From Candidatus Firestoneibacteriota bacterium (GTDB taxonomy: Bacteria > Oederibacteriota > D2-FULL-39-29 > JBBTED01), in assembly GCA_038042445.1 (NCBI GenBank), contig JBBTED010000095.1, positions 1 through 63,767 of the forward strand: 63,767 nt of DNA, in the 5' to 3' direction. The first letter of the stretch is position 1; every line of letters begins with the position of its first letter. The position numbers and the translations under genes were made by a program. The notes below the pieces were generated by a model that worked only from the letters and a program-made list of their open reading frames with translations, was not told the origin of the DNA and searched no databases. Positions 28,599 through 38,248 of this stretch are shown here, piece after piece.

Positions 28599-28881
28599 AA
28601 ACTGCCTCTTTATCTATCCGTTTTTTCAAAAATGAATTCATTTTTTCTCTATAACTGACAACATCTACAGGAAAATTTAAACTTTCTTCCAACTTTTGTT
28701 TAATACCAATAATCTCAAATAAATCCTGTTTTGTCAGAACTACAACAATGTCAATATCGCTGTTGTCATTCGCTGTATCTTTAGCAACTGACCCAAAAAC
28801 TCCAAGACGATCTATGTGGTATTTGTTTTTATTTTCTTCTTTGAATTTCTTTAAATATTCTATTATTTCTTTGCGGTTCAT
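28591..28881 (-). CDS. Minimal nucleotidyltransferase (MNT antitoxin-like)
   Basis: LGVFGSVAK...SDIDIVV...PVDVV. Confidence 0.9.
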   Translation of the reverse strand: MNRKEIIEYLKKFKEENKNKYHIDRLGVFGSVAKDTANDNSDIDIVVVLTKQDLFEIIGIKQKLEESLNFPVDVVSYREKMNSFLKKRIDKEAVYV

Positions 28882-28967
28882 TATTGCTCCTCCTTACTAA
28901 TGGAAATATATCATATATAGTTTTTATTGACAATCAGATTTTGTACAATTGAAATAATTACTTGTTC

Positions 28968-29163
28968 TGTCATGCTGAATTTATTTCAGCATCTCTTTTA
29001 GACCCTGAAACAAGTTCAGGGTGACAGTTCAGAGATTGTCTTGAATTTACTATAAATATCTCTCTCCATCTCTCTTTGCCATGTTGTGTCAAATTTAAAA
29101 AGGTAAAAAATTCTTTGTTTGTTATTTTAAAGACACTGGATTCCCGCTTTCGCGGGAATGACA
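28968..29163. repeat. Cluster of GTCAT-ended palindromic elements
   Basis: TGTCATGCTGAATTTATTTCAGCATCT..AGACCCTGAAACAAGTTCAGGGTGACA (half copy at ~2969-2995) and CTGGATTCCCGCTTTCGCGGGAATGACA. Confidence 0.85.
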
Positions 29164-29176
29164 TAAATATGTATAC

Positions 29177-31873
29177 TTATTTCTCTATTTTTACGGCACA
29201 GGCTTTGTATTCGGGAATTTTGGCTATGGGGTCTAGAGCATCGATTGTTAGGAGATTTGCGGCGGATTCTTTGTAATGGAAAGTTGTAAAAACTGTTCCT
29301 TGTGAGATGTTGTCTGTTATTTTTACTGTTGCTTTAATGGTGCCTCTTTTGGATGATACTTTGACTATGTCTTTGTCTTTACAACCTAATTTTTGGGCAT
29401 CTTTTGTGTGGACCTCAATTGTTGCTACTGGGGCTAATATGTTTAGTCCTTCTACTTTTCTTGTCATTGTTCCTGTGTGGTAGTGATACAATATTCTGCC
29501 TGTAATTAAAATAAATGGGTATTCATTATTGGGTTCTTCATAAGGTGGTTTATATTCTACTGGAGTGAATTTACCTTTTCCTATTGGAAATTTTTCTGTG
29601 TGCAAAATTTGTGTTCCGGGATGTTCTTTAGATGGGCATGGCCATTGTAATCCTTTTTCTGCGAGTCTGGTATAAGATATACCAGCATAACTTGGAACAA
29701 GTGTTCCTATTTCTGACATTATCTGTTCTGATGAAGAATAATTCATATCATATCCGAATGCTTTTGAAACTAAACATATAATTTCCCAATCTTCTTTTGC
29801 TTCACATGGTGAGTCTATTGCTTTGTCCAATCTTTGCACTCTTCTTTCTGTATTTGTAAATGTGCCGTTTTTTTCTGCAAATGAAGCAGCAGGCAAAACA
29901 ACATCAGCAAATTCTGCAGTTTCTGATAAAAATATATCCTGAACAACAAGAAATTCCAATTTTTTAAGTGCCTCAATTGTAAAATTCATATTTGGGTCGG
30001 AAAGAACTACATTTTCACCCATCATATAAAATGCTTTCATCTTTTTATCGTGTGCTAAATGAATCATTTCTGTAGCAGTTAAACCTGGTTTTTCTGGAAT
30101 ATTTTTTCCCCATACTTTGCCAAATTTTTCACGTATATTTGCATCTGATATTTTTTGATATCCGGGTAGAACATCCGGCAAAGCACCCATATCACAAGCA
30201 CCCTGAACATTATTTTGTCCCCTAAGTGGAGCCAAACCAGCACCCTCTCTTCCAATCTGCCCTGTCAAAATAGCGAGGTTCACAAGAGTAAATACATTAT
30301 CAGTTCCACAGGAATGTTGAGTTATACCCATACCCCAGCAAATAAAAGCATTCTTTGCCTTTGCATATTTAATTGCAACTTCTATGATTACTTCTTTTGC
30401 AACTCCAGTTATTTTTGAAACATATTCAGGTGTATATTTCTTAATTGTTTTCAGAAATTCATCATATCCTTCTGTTCTGTTTTTTATGAATTCTTCATTT
30501 ATCAAACCTTTTTCAATGATTACATTTGCAATTCCATTTAGAAGTGCAGAATCTGTTCCAACTTTATGATTTATCCAAGTATCGGCAAAATCCACAAGTC
30601 CTACTTTTCTTGGGTCTGCAACTATTAAAACCGCCCCATTTTCCTTCACAGCTTTCTTTATATAAATAGCTGTAACTGGTTGTGTTTCAATAACATTTTC
30701 ACCTATTACAAATATAACATCAGATTTCAGTAAACCATCAAGAGAATCTGTCATTGCAGCGCTTCCTAATGTTAAACCCATTCCTGAAACAGACGATGCA
30801 TGACATAATCTGGCACAGTGGTCAACATTATTTGTTCCGATAGATACTCTTGCAAATTTCTGTAGCAAATAATTTTCTTCATTAGAGCATTTTGCAGATG
30901 AAAACACACCTATTGCATCAGGAGAATATTTATTTTTTATTTCATTAAGTTTTGTAGTAATCAGAGAAATTGCTTCTTCCCAACTCGCTTCTCTAAAACC
31001 ATCTAAACCCGAAGGTTTGTCTTTCACTCTTATAAGCGGTTTTGTTAATCTATCTGGTGAATTCACAAATTCGAATCCAAATTTTCCTTTTACGCAAAGC
31101 CAACCTTTATTTACAACACCTGAATCTCTTCCTGTAACATAAACAATTTTATTATTTTTAACGTTTAAAGTAATATTGCAACCTACTCCACAATATGGAC
31201 AAACAGAAGAAACTTTTTTAAATTCCCAAGTTCTACCTTTACCATTTCTTTGCTTTTCTACAAGAGCACCTGTTGGACAAACCAAAACACACTGACCACA
31301 AAAAACACAATTTGCTTTTTCCATTGGTCTTTCAAATGCAGTTGAAATTTTTGTAGAAAATCCGCGTTTTGAATAGCAATAAACATCATTACACTGAACA
31401 TCTTTGCACACAGAAACGCATCTGCCACAAACAATACATTTGTTATAATCCCGAGCTATAAACGGACTTTCTAAATTAACAGGATAATTATGTTTATCTC
31501 CTTTAAAACGTATATCAGACACTTTATATTCATACGCGTATTTTTCAAGTGAACAATTACCAGCCATTTCACAAACCATACAATCAAATGGATGGTCAGA
31601 TAACAAAAGCTCTAAAACTAATTTGCGTGCCTTGACAACTCTTTCAGAATTAGTTTTAACTTTCATACCTTCTGCTACAGGAGTTGCACAAGATGCAACC
31701 AACGTTCGTGCCCCTTCTACCTCAACAACACATAATCTACACGCACCTGTAATTTGAAGATACGGATGATAGCACAAAGTAGGAATTTCTATACCATTAG
31801 ATAAAGCCGCCTTAAGTATAGAAGTCCCTTCTACCGTTTCAATTTCTTTGTTATCTATATTTAGTTTAATCAT
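29177..31873 (-). CDS. fdhF: Formate dehydrogenase alpha subunit with NuoG-like FeS N-terminus, Cys form
   Basis: IPTLC..GACRLCVVE, CPYCGVGC, NNVDHCARLCH, PLRGQNNVQG, PEYKACAV; start probably 31873 or 31891. Confidence 0.92.
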   Translation of the reverse strand: MIKLNIDNKEIETVEGTSILKAALSNGIEIPTLCYHPYLQITGACRLCVVEVEGARTLVASCATPVAEGMKVKTNSERVVKARKLVLELLLSDHPFDCMVCEMAGNCSLEKYAYEYKVSDIRFKGDKHNYPVNLESPFIARDYNKCIVCGRCVSVCKDVQCNDVYCYSKRGFSTKISTAFERPMEKANCVFCGQCVLVCPTGALVEKQRNGKGRTWEFKKVSSVCPYCGVGCNITLNVKNNKIVYVTGRDSGVVNKGWLCVKGKFGFEFVNSPDRLTKPLIRVKDKPSGLDGFREASWEEAISLITTKLNEIKNKYSPDAIGVFSSAKCSNEENYLLQKFARVSIGTNNVDHCARLCHASSVSGMGLTLGSAAMTDSLDGLLKSDVIFVIGENVIETQPVTAIYIKKAVKENGAVLIVADPRKVGLVDFADTWINHKVGTDSALLNGIANVIIEKGLINEEFIKNRTEGYDEFLKTIKKYTPEYVSKITGVAKEVIIEVAIKYAKAKNAFICWGMGITQHSCGTDNVFTLVNLAILTGQIGREGAGLAPLRGQNNVQGACDMGALPDVLPGYQKISDANIREKFGKVWGKNIPEKPGLTATEMIHLAHDKKMKAFYMMGENVVLSDPNMNFTIEALKKLEFLVVQDIFLSETAEFADVVLPAASFAEKNGTFTNTERRVQRLDKAIDSPCEAKEDWEIICLVSKAFGYDMNYSSSEQIMSEIGTLVPSYAGISYTRLAEKGLQWPCPSKEHPGTQILHTEKFPIGKGKFTPVEYKPPYEEPNNEYPFILITGRILYHYHTGTMTRKVEGLNILAPVATIEVHTKDAQKLGCKDKDIVKVSSKRGTIKATVKITDNISQGTVFTTFHYKESAANLLTIDALDPIAKIPEYKACAVKIEK

Positions 31874-31896
31874 TTTCGTAAGTTTTTCCATTTCTT

Positions 31897-31967
31897 TGTC
31901 ATTCTCGCATGTTTTTAGCGGGAATCCATACAAAATACTTCTGGATTCCTGCTTTCGCAGGAATGAC
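31897..31967. repeat. GTCATTC...GAATGAC palindromic element; CCCCCTT/AAGGGGG element follows at ~31981-32010
   Basis: Family copies at 29136, 38117, 40252 and 58498. Confidence 0.8.
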
Positions 31968-32026
31968 GCGTACTTCAAATTCCCCCTTAATCCCCCTTTA
32001 ATAAAGGGGGTAGAAAGAACGATAAT

Positions 32027-33877
32027 TCATTTTATTAAGACTGCTTTGAATTTGCATACTTCAAAACAGGTGCCGCATTTTGTGCATATACTTTTATCTA
32101 TAGTATGCGATTTTTTCTTTTCTCCTGAAATAGCATTTGCAGAACAATTTTTTGCGCAAACAGTGCAACCTGTGCATTTATCAGCAAGTATTGAATAATT
32201 TATTAGTTTTTTGCATACACCAGCTGGGCATTTTTTATCCTTAATATGAGCTTCATATTCATCTCTGAAATATCGTATTGTTGTAAGAACTGGATTTGGA
32301 GATGTCTGGCCTAAACCACACAAAGAAGTGTCTTTAACAGTTTTTCCAATTTCTTCAAGCAAACTTATATCTTCTTCTTTTCCATCTCCTTCAGAAATAC
32401 GATTTAATATTTCTAACATTCTCTTAGTTCCAATTCTACAGGGAGTACATTTTCCACAGGATTCATCCTGACAAAAATGCATAAAGAAACGCGCCAAATC
32501 CACCATACAAGTATTCTCATCTAAAACCACCATTCCACCTGAACCCATTATGGAACCAACAGAAGCTAAAGATTCGTAATCTATAGAAAGGTCAAGATGT
32601 TGTTTTGGAACACATCCACCAGATGGACCACCCATTTGAACAGCTTTAAACTCTTTATTGTTTGTTATACCACCGCCAATATCAAAAATTATTTTTCTAA
32701 GCGTTATACCCATTGGCACTTCAACTAAACCTGTATTATTTATTTTGCCAGCCAAAGAAAATACTTTAGTTCCTTTACTTGTGTTAGTTCCTATGCCTGC
32801 ATACCAATCTCCACCATTATTTATAATTGGCGCGATATTTGCAAAAGTTTCTACATTATTTATATTTGTTGGCATACCAAAAATTCCTTTTTGTGCAGGA
32901 AAAGGAGGCCTTGGTCTTGGCATTCCACGTTTACCCTCAATTGATGCAATTAAAGCCGTCTCTTCACCACAAACAAATGCGCCAGCTCCTTCTTTAATAT
33001 GAATATTAAAATTAAATCCTGTACCAAAAATATTTTCTCCCAACAATCCTAATTCTTGCGCCTGATTTATAGCTAATTTAATATGCCGCACTGCAATTGG
33101 ATACTCTGCCCTCACATAAATATATCCTACTTGTGCACCAATTGCCCAAGCAGCAATTAACATCCCTTCCAAAACACTATGCGGGTCTCCTTCTAAAACT
33201 GCTCTGTCCATAAAAGCACCCGGATCACCCTCATCTCCATTGCATACTAAATACTTAGTTTTTCCAGATGAATTTTTTGCAAGCTCCCATTTTTTGCCTG
33301 TTGGAAAACCTGCTCCACCTCTTCCTCTTAATCCAGATTTTTTAACCTGTTCTATTATTTCATCAGACTTCATACTTGTTAATACTTTAATAAAAGCTGT
33401 ATATCCACCTCTGATTAAAAAGTGATTGATGTTTGTTGGATCTATAAACCCGCAATTTCTCAATACTATTTTCTTCTGCTCTTTATAAAATGGAACATTC
33501 TCAGAATTTTCTATATGCTTATTTGATTTCGTATCAAAATATGTAAGATTTTCAAAAACTTTCCCTTTTTTAATAGTTGTCTCAATTATTTGGGAAACAT
33601 TTTCAGGTTTTACCTGCTGATAAAATATATTATATGGGTCAATAGCAAGAACAGGAGCTTTAGCGCAAAAACCATGACATCCAGTTTCGCGAATTTCAAG
33701 TTCTGGCAATTTGTGCTTTTTTATTTCACTCAAAAAAGTATTGCGTATTTCATCTGCTCCAAATGCCTTACAACCTGTCATACATATTCTAACAACAAGT
33801 TTATTTTTATTCTCGTTAGCTATTAATAATTCCTGTGCCTTTTTAAATTCTGTAATTGTTGTTTTATTTGCTTTCAT
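32027..33877 (-). CDS. NuoF/HydB-like flavoprotein subunit (N-terminal 2Fe-2S, FMN/NADH site, C-terminal 2x[4Fe-4S])
   Basis: GLRGRGGAGFPTG, DEGDPGAFMDR, GAGAFVCGEETAL, ESCGKCTPCR, two terminal CxxCxxC motifs. Confidence 0.92.
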   Translation of the reverse strand: MKANKTTITEFKKAQELLIANENKNKLVVRICMTGCKAFGADEIRNTFLSEIKKHKLPELEIRETGCHGFCAKAPVLAIDPYNIFYQQVKPENVSQIIETTIKKGKVFENLTYFDTKSNKHIENSENVPFYKEQKKIVLRNCGFIDPTNINHFLIRGGYTAFIKVLTSMKSDEIIEQVKKSGLRGRGGAGFPTGKKWELAKNSSGKTKYLVCNGDEGDPGAFMDRAVLEGDPHSVLEGMLIAAWAIGAQVGYIYVRAEYPIAVRHIKLAINQAQELGLLGENIFGTGFNFNIHIKEGAGAFVCGEETALIASIEGKRGMPRPRPPFPAQKGIFGMPTNINNVETFANIAPIINNGGDWYAGIGTNTSKGTKVFSLAGKINNTGLVEVPMGITLRKIIFDIGGGITNNKEFKAVQMGGPSGGCVPKQHLDLSIDYESLASVGSIMGSGGMVVLDENTCMVDLARFFMHFCQDESCGKCTPCRIGTKRMLEILNRISEGDGKEEDISLLEEIGKTVKDTSLCGLGQTSPNPVLTTIRYFRDEYEAHIKDKKCPAGVCKKLINYSILADKCTGCTVCAKNCSANAISGEKKKSHTIDKSICTKCGTCFEVCKFKAVLIK

Positions 33878-34325
33878 CTTTAAAAGATTTCAATATTGTT
33901 TTTATTCTGTTTTGAGTTAATTTGCCAAAATATTGTTCATCAATCATTACAACAGGTGCAAGAAAACAAGTTCCAAGACAAGCAACTGTTTCTAATGTCC
34001 ATTTCATATCAGGAGTGGTTTCACCTGGCTTTATATTAAGTTCATCCTGTATTGCCTGCAAAATCATAGGTGAATTTTTAACATGACAAGCTGTTCCCTG
34101 ACAGGTTTTTATAGTATGTTTTCCATGCGGAGTAAAAGTAAATTGCGCATAAAACGTAACAACTCCATATATTTCACTTAAAGATACTTTAAAATATTTG
34201 CCAACTTCTTCTAAAACTTCAACAGGCAAATACCCATAAACACCTTGAACTTCCTGCAAAACAGTTATCAAGAAAGATTTGTCTTTGGGTGTAAATTTAT
34301 TTAAAATTTCCTCTAATTTATTCAT
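33864..34325 (-). CDS. NuoE/HydC-like 2Fe-2S subunit
   Basis: GVVTFYAQF, CQGTACHV, CLGTCFLAP. Confidence 0.92.
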   Translation of the reverse strand: MNKLEEILNKFTPKDKSFLITVLQEVQGVYGYLPVEVLEEVGKYFKVSLSEIYGVVTFYAQFTFTPHGKHTIKTCQGTACHVKNSPMILQAIQDELNIKPGETTPDMKWTLETVACLGTCFLAPVVMIDEQYFGKLTQNRIKTILKSFKDESK

Positions 34326-34376
34326 GTTCTTTTTTTAAGTAGTTGCTGATTTATCAGCATGCCAATAAATTGGCAA

Positions 34377-35063
34377 CTACAAATTACCATTAATCAATGC
34401 TTCTGCCAACTTTAAATCTTCTTGTGTGGTAATTTTGAAATTTTTATAATTTCCCATTACTAATTGCGCTTTATGCCCTGAATTTTGTAGAAGACCTGCA
34501 TCATCAGTTACATCTAAACCATTTGTTTTAGCATTTTCATAAGCTTCTAATAATAAATTCATTCTGAAAACCTGCGGTGTCTGTGCAGCCCATAATTTAT
34601 TTCTATCCAAAGTAGCAGAAACAAATTTGCCTTCTTCGGAACGTTTTACAGTATCTGTAATTGGAATAGCAACTATAGCAGCACCATATTCTACAGCTGA
34701 TTTAATAGAATCATTTATCATTTCCAAATCTAAAAATGGTCGCGCTGCATCATGAATTAAAACTATATCACATTGAGATATAGCTTTTAAACCATTATAA
34801 ACTGAATCCTGTCTTTTTTCTCCACCACAGATTATTTTTTTTACTTTTTTGAAATTAAACTTCTCCAGTATCTCTGTTTTACAATATTTCATATCCTCAG
34901 AATTTACAACAATTATTACTTCTCTTATTACTTTACATTTCTCAAGTTTCTCCAAAGAATGGACAAGCATAGGTTTTCCAGAAAGCAGAACATAAGGCTT
35001 TCTAACTTTTCCACCAAAACGCTCACTTTTACCTGCAGCAACAACAATAGCTATAACTTTCAA
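34377..35063 (-). CDS. ispD: 2-C-methyl-D-erythritol 4-phosphate cytidylyltransferase
   Basis: AAGKSERFG, GGEKRQDSV, HDAARP, QTPQ, TDD, NFKIT. Confidence 0.95.
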   Translation of the reverse strand: MKVIAIVVAAGKSERFGGKVRKPYVLLSGKPMLVHSLEKLEKCKVIREVIIVVNSEDMKYCKTEILEKFNFKKVKKIICGGEKRQDSVYNGLKAISQCDIVLIHDAARPFLDLEMINDSIKSAVEYGAAIVAIPITDTVKRSEEGKFVSATLDRNKLWAAQTPQVFRMNLLLEAYENAKTNGLDVTDDAGLLQNSGHKAQLVMGNYKNFKITTQEDLKLAEALINGNL

Positions 35064-35298
35064 AGTATTTCTCCAGATATCATTTGTCTATCATTATAAA
35101 AGTTTTTGATAAAAATGCAACAGTTTTTAAGAAAATTTTGCAATGGGGCACTATAAGCTGGCTTGCCAGCCCTTAATTATTGGGCGGATAAATCCGCCCC
35201 TACGCGATATAACAGGAAAAACCCAAAGACTAACCCATTACTTTTTATAATGTTTTTTTTGTGTAATTATGATATAGTAAATTTCGGAGGTGATTTAA

Positions 35299-36336
35299 TT
35301 GAAAGCAGCAATATTTTATGAACCAGGTAAGATGTGTGTTGAAGATGTAAAAAAACCAGAAGCAAAAGAAGGCGAAATACTGATAAAGGTTTCTTCTTGT
35401 GCGATTTGTGGAACTGACCTTAGAATTTATAATTACGGTCATCATAATGTAAAACCGCCTCAAACAATAGGCCATGAAATTGCAGGAACAGTTGAGGAAA
35501 TCGGCAAAGGAGTCCATGGCTACGAAAAAGGAGACAAAGTAATAATAGTTACAGAAGTTGGATGTGGAAATTGTAATTTTTGTCTACGCGGTATACAAAA
35601 TTTATGCAAAAGTTTTACTGCTATTGGATACCACTGGCCAGGTGGATTTGCTCAATATTTTTTAATGCCTGCAAGAGGTGTTGCACAAGGAAACGTTCTT
35701 AAATTTCCAAAACATTTGTCTTTTGAGGAAGCAAGTTTGGCAGAACCACTATCTTGTGTAATAAATGGTCAGAGTTTTTTAAATATTGGATTAGGTGAAA
35801 CCGTAGTTGTTATAGGTTCCGGGCCAATAGGATGTATGCACGTTGAATTAGCAAAAATAAGTGGTGCAGGAAAAGTCATTCTGGCGGACATATCTGAAGA
35901 CAGACTCAAACTCGGAAAAATGGTATCTACTGATGTAATTATTGATTCAAGTAAAGAAGATTTAGTGGAAAGAGTTATGCAGGAAACAAATAAAGAAGGC
36001 GCTGATGTTGTAATCGTAGCTTGTTCTTCAGGAAAAGCGCAGGAAGATTCATTAAAACTTATAAGCACACGTGGCAGGATAAGTTTCTTTGGTGGTTTGC
36101 CAAAAGATAAACCAGTAATAAATTTCAATAGTAATATAGTCCATTACAAAGAAATATCTATATATGGAGCATTTGCATCATATCCATACCAATATAAACA
36201 AGCACTGGATTTAATTTCCAGTAAAAGAATTGATGCATCCAAATTTATAACACATAGATTTAAACTTGATGAAATAGTAAAAGCTATAGAAGCCGCTAAA
36301 TCAGGAAAAACATTAAAAGTGGTTATCAATCCATAG
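35299..36336 (+). CDS. Zinc-dependent (polyol/sugar) dehydrogenase
   Basis: CGTD, GHE, CGNCNFC...C, GSGPIG. Confidence 0.9.
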   Translation: MKAAIFYEPGKMCVEDVKKPEAKEGEILIKVSSCAICGTDLRIYNYGHHNVKPPQTIGHEIAGTVEEIGKGVHGYEKGDKVIIVTEVGCGNCNFCLRGIQNLCKSFTAIGYHWPGGFAQYFLMPARGVAQGNVLKFPKHLSFEEASLAEPLSCVINGQSFLNIGLGETVVVIGSGPIGCMHVELAKISGAGKVILADISEDRLKLGKMVSTDVIIDSSKEDLVERVMQETNKEGADVVIVACSSGKAQEDSLKLISTRGRISFFGGLPKDKPVINFNSNIVHYKEISIYGAFASYPYQYKQALDLISSKRIDASKFITHRFKLDEIVKAIEAAKSGKTLKVVINP

Positions 36337-36415
36337 TTTCCATATATAAAAATAAAGTCTTTAGGGAATTTAGTGGGTTAAACAATTGATTTCCAACTTT
36401 GAAAGAGGAGAACTT

Positions 36416-37357
36416 ATGAGTGAAGTTATATGTGTTGGAATTTTTGTGGCAGATATTGTTGCAAAACCTGTAGAAAAACTTCCTAAAAAAGGTAAATTGT
36501 TGTTGGTTGACCAGATGGGACTGCACAGTGGCGGATGTGCCTGTAACACTGCTAATGCACTTGGAAAAATAGGAATAAAAACAGGTGTAATTGGAAAACT
36601 TGGGAAAGACGTACTTGGAGATTTTATGCTAAACACAATGAAATCATATAATCTAAATGTGCAAGGCATAAAAAGAGATCCGAAAACTCATACCTCAGCT
36701 ACAATGGTACTTCTTTCCCCTGATGGAGAAAGGAGTTTTTTACATTATATGGGAGCAAATGCAGAATTTTCTTATAATGATATTGATTTCTCACTTATAA
36801 AAAAATACAAGGTATTACTTTTATCAGGATTTTTTGTAATGCCTAAATTAGACGGTAGACCTGCTGCAAAACTTTTAAAACAAGCAAAGCTTTTTGGTTT
36901 AACAACAGCATTAGATACTGCATGGGATGCAACAGGCAAATGGTTTTCCTTAATTGAACCCTGCCTGCAATACACAGATATATTTCTGCCTTCAATTGAA
37001 GAAGCAAAAATGATATCTCGCAAAAACTCACCTGAAGATATTGCAGTATTTTTCTTAAATAAAGGAGTAAAAATTGTGGGATTAAAAATGGGAGAAAAAG
37101 GAAGTTATATCCGAACAAAAAATGAAAAATATATAATTCCGCCATTTAAAACAAAAGTAGTTGATGCTACTGGTGCAGGTGATTCATTTGTAGCAGGATT
37201 TCTTACAGGAATAATAAAAAAATGGCATTTAAAAAAAACTGGTGAATTTGCAAATGCAGTTGGTGCCTGTTGTATTTCTGCAATAGGTGCGAGTTCTGGA
37301 ATTAAAACACTTAATGAAACCTTGAATTACATAAAGAAAAATGCTATTTCTCATTGA
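36416..37357 (+). CDS. PfkB-family carbohydrate kinase
   Basis: GGCACNTA, GERSF, DATGAGDSFVAG. Confidence 0.92.
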   Translation: MSEVICVGIFVADIVAKPVEKLPKKGKLLLVDQMGLHSGGCACNTANALGKIGIKTGVIGKLGKDVLGDFMLNTMKSYNLNVQGIKRDPKTHTSATMVLLSPDGERSFLHYMGANAEFSYNDIDFSLIKKYKVLLLSGFFVMPKLDGRPAAKLLKQAKLFGLTTALDTAWDATGKWFSLIEPCLQYTDIFLPSIEEAKMISRKNSPEDIAVFFLNKGVKIVGLKMGEKGSYIRTKNEKYIIPPFKTKVVDATGAGDSFVAGFLTGIIKKWHLKKTGEFANAVGACCISAIGASSGIKTLNETLNYIKKNAISH

Positions 37358-38150
37358 TTTAGATGGTGTTTTATTCAGAGGGAATAAAGTAATAAAAAAT
37401 GCTCCAAAAACTATTAAGTCAATTTTAAAAGCAGGGCATAAAGTTATTTATTTAACCAATAATGCTACCCAAAGCAGACTACAATACGTCTATAAATTAA
37501 GAAAAATGAATTTTCCTTGCACTATAAACAATATAATGACTTCAGCTTATGCTACTTGTTTATATTTAAAAGAAAATAATGCCAAAAAAATCATAGTTAT
37601 CGGTGAAAATGGATTAAAACAAGAACTTAAGAACATTGGAACACCTGCTTTGCCTTTAACTTATAAAGGCAAAGTGGAATATATTATTGTTGGATTAGAC
37701 AGAGCATTTAATTATAATAAACTTTGTCGAGCACAAGAGTTAATATTAAAAGGCGCTAAATTTATCGCAACAAACAGAGATAATACATGGCCAGCAGAAA
37801 ATAGGATATATCCAGGCGGAGGCAGTATAGTTTCTGCAATTGAAGCGGCAACATCAATCAAACCAATAGTAATTGGCAAACCACAAACTTATGTATTTAA
37901 AAAAACTCTTGAAATCACCAAAACATCTCCAAAAGATACTATTATTGTAGGAGATAGATTAGACACAGATATACTTCTTGGGAAAAAAATAGGGGCAAAA
38001 ACTGTATTGGTTCTAACAGGTGTAACCACTCTTTTGCAGGCAAAAACATCTCCTAAAAAAATGCATCCTGATTATATTTTTAAGGATATATCTGGATTAT
38101 TAAAGATTTTGTCTCCTGTCATTCCTGCCCCGTATCGAAGTACGGGGTAA
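37341..38150 (+). CDS. HAD-IIA (NagD-like) phosphatase
   Basis: DLDGV, LTNN, GKP, VGDRLDTDI, VLTGV. Confidence 0.92.
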   Translation: MLFLIDLDGVLFRGNKVIKNAPKTIKSILKAGHKVIYLTNNATQSRLQYVYKLRKMNFPCTINNIMTSAYATCLYLKENNAKKIIVIGENGLKQELKNIGTPALPLTYKGKVEYIIVGLDRAFNYNKLCRAQELILKGAKFIATNRDNTWPAENRIYPGGGSIVSAIEAATSIKPIVIGKPQTYVFKKTLEITKTSPKDTIIVGDRLDTDILLGKKIGAKTVLVLTGVTTLLQAKTSPKKMHPDYIFKDISGLLKILSPVIPAPYRSTG

Positions 38151-38205
38151 ACTCCAGCAGGAATCCAGTTCTTTTTTCTGGATTCCCGTTTTCACGGGAA
38201 TGACA
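38117..38205. repeat. GTCATTC...GAATGAC palindromic element overlapping the HAD stop codon
   Basis: TGTCATTCCTGC..GCAGGAATCCAG..CTGGATTCCCGTTTTCACGGGAATGACA. Confidence 0.85.
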
Positions 38206-38248
38206 AAAAATAGGGAAACAACAAAACTAAAACTGTATCAACGAATAC

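Noticed and set aside
28970..29276. Short ORFs such as MSFPRKRES...CHPELVSGS
   Set aside because: Translations of the palindromic repeats
30790..30830. Selenocysteine or SECIS in the formate dehydrogenase
   Set aside because: The active-site codon is Cys (CARLCH) and the ORF is uninterrupted
31892..31978. N-terminal extension of FdhF in the ORF track (also extensions of porA, ferredoxin, cobA and the 16134 start)
   Set aside because: Extensions run through repeats or upstream genes; downstream starts fit family N-termini better
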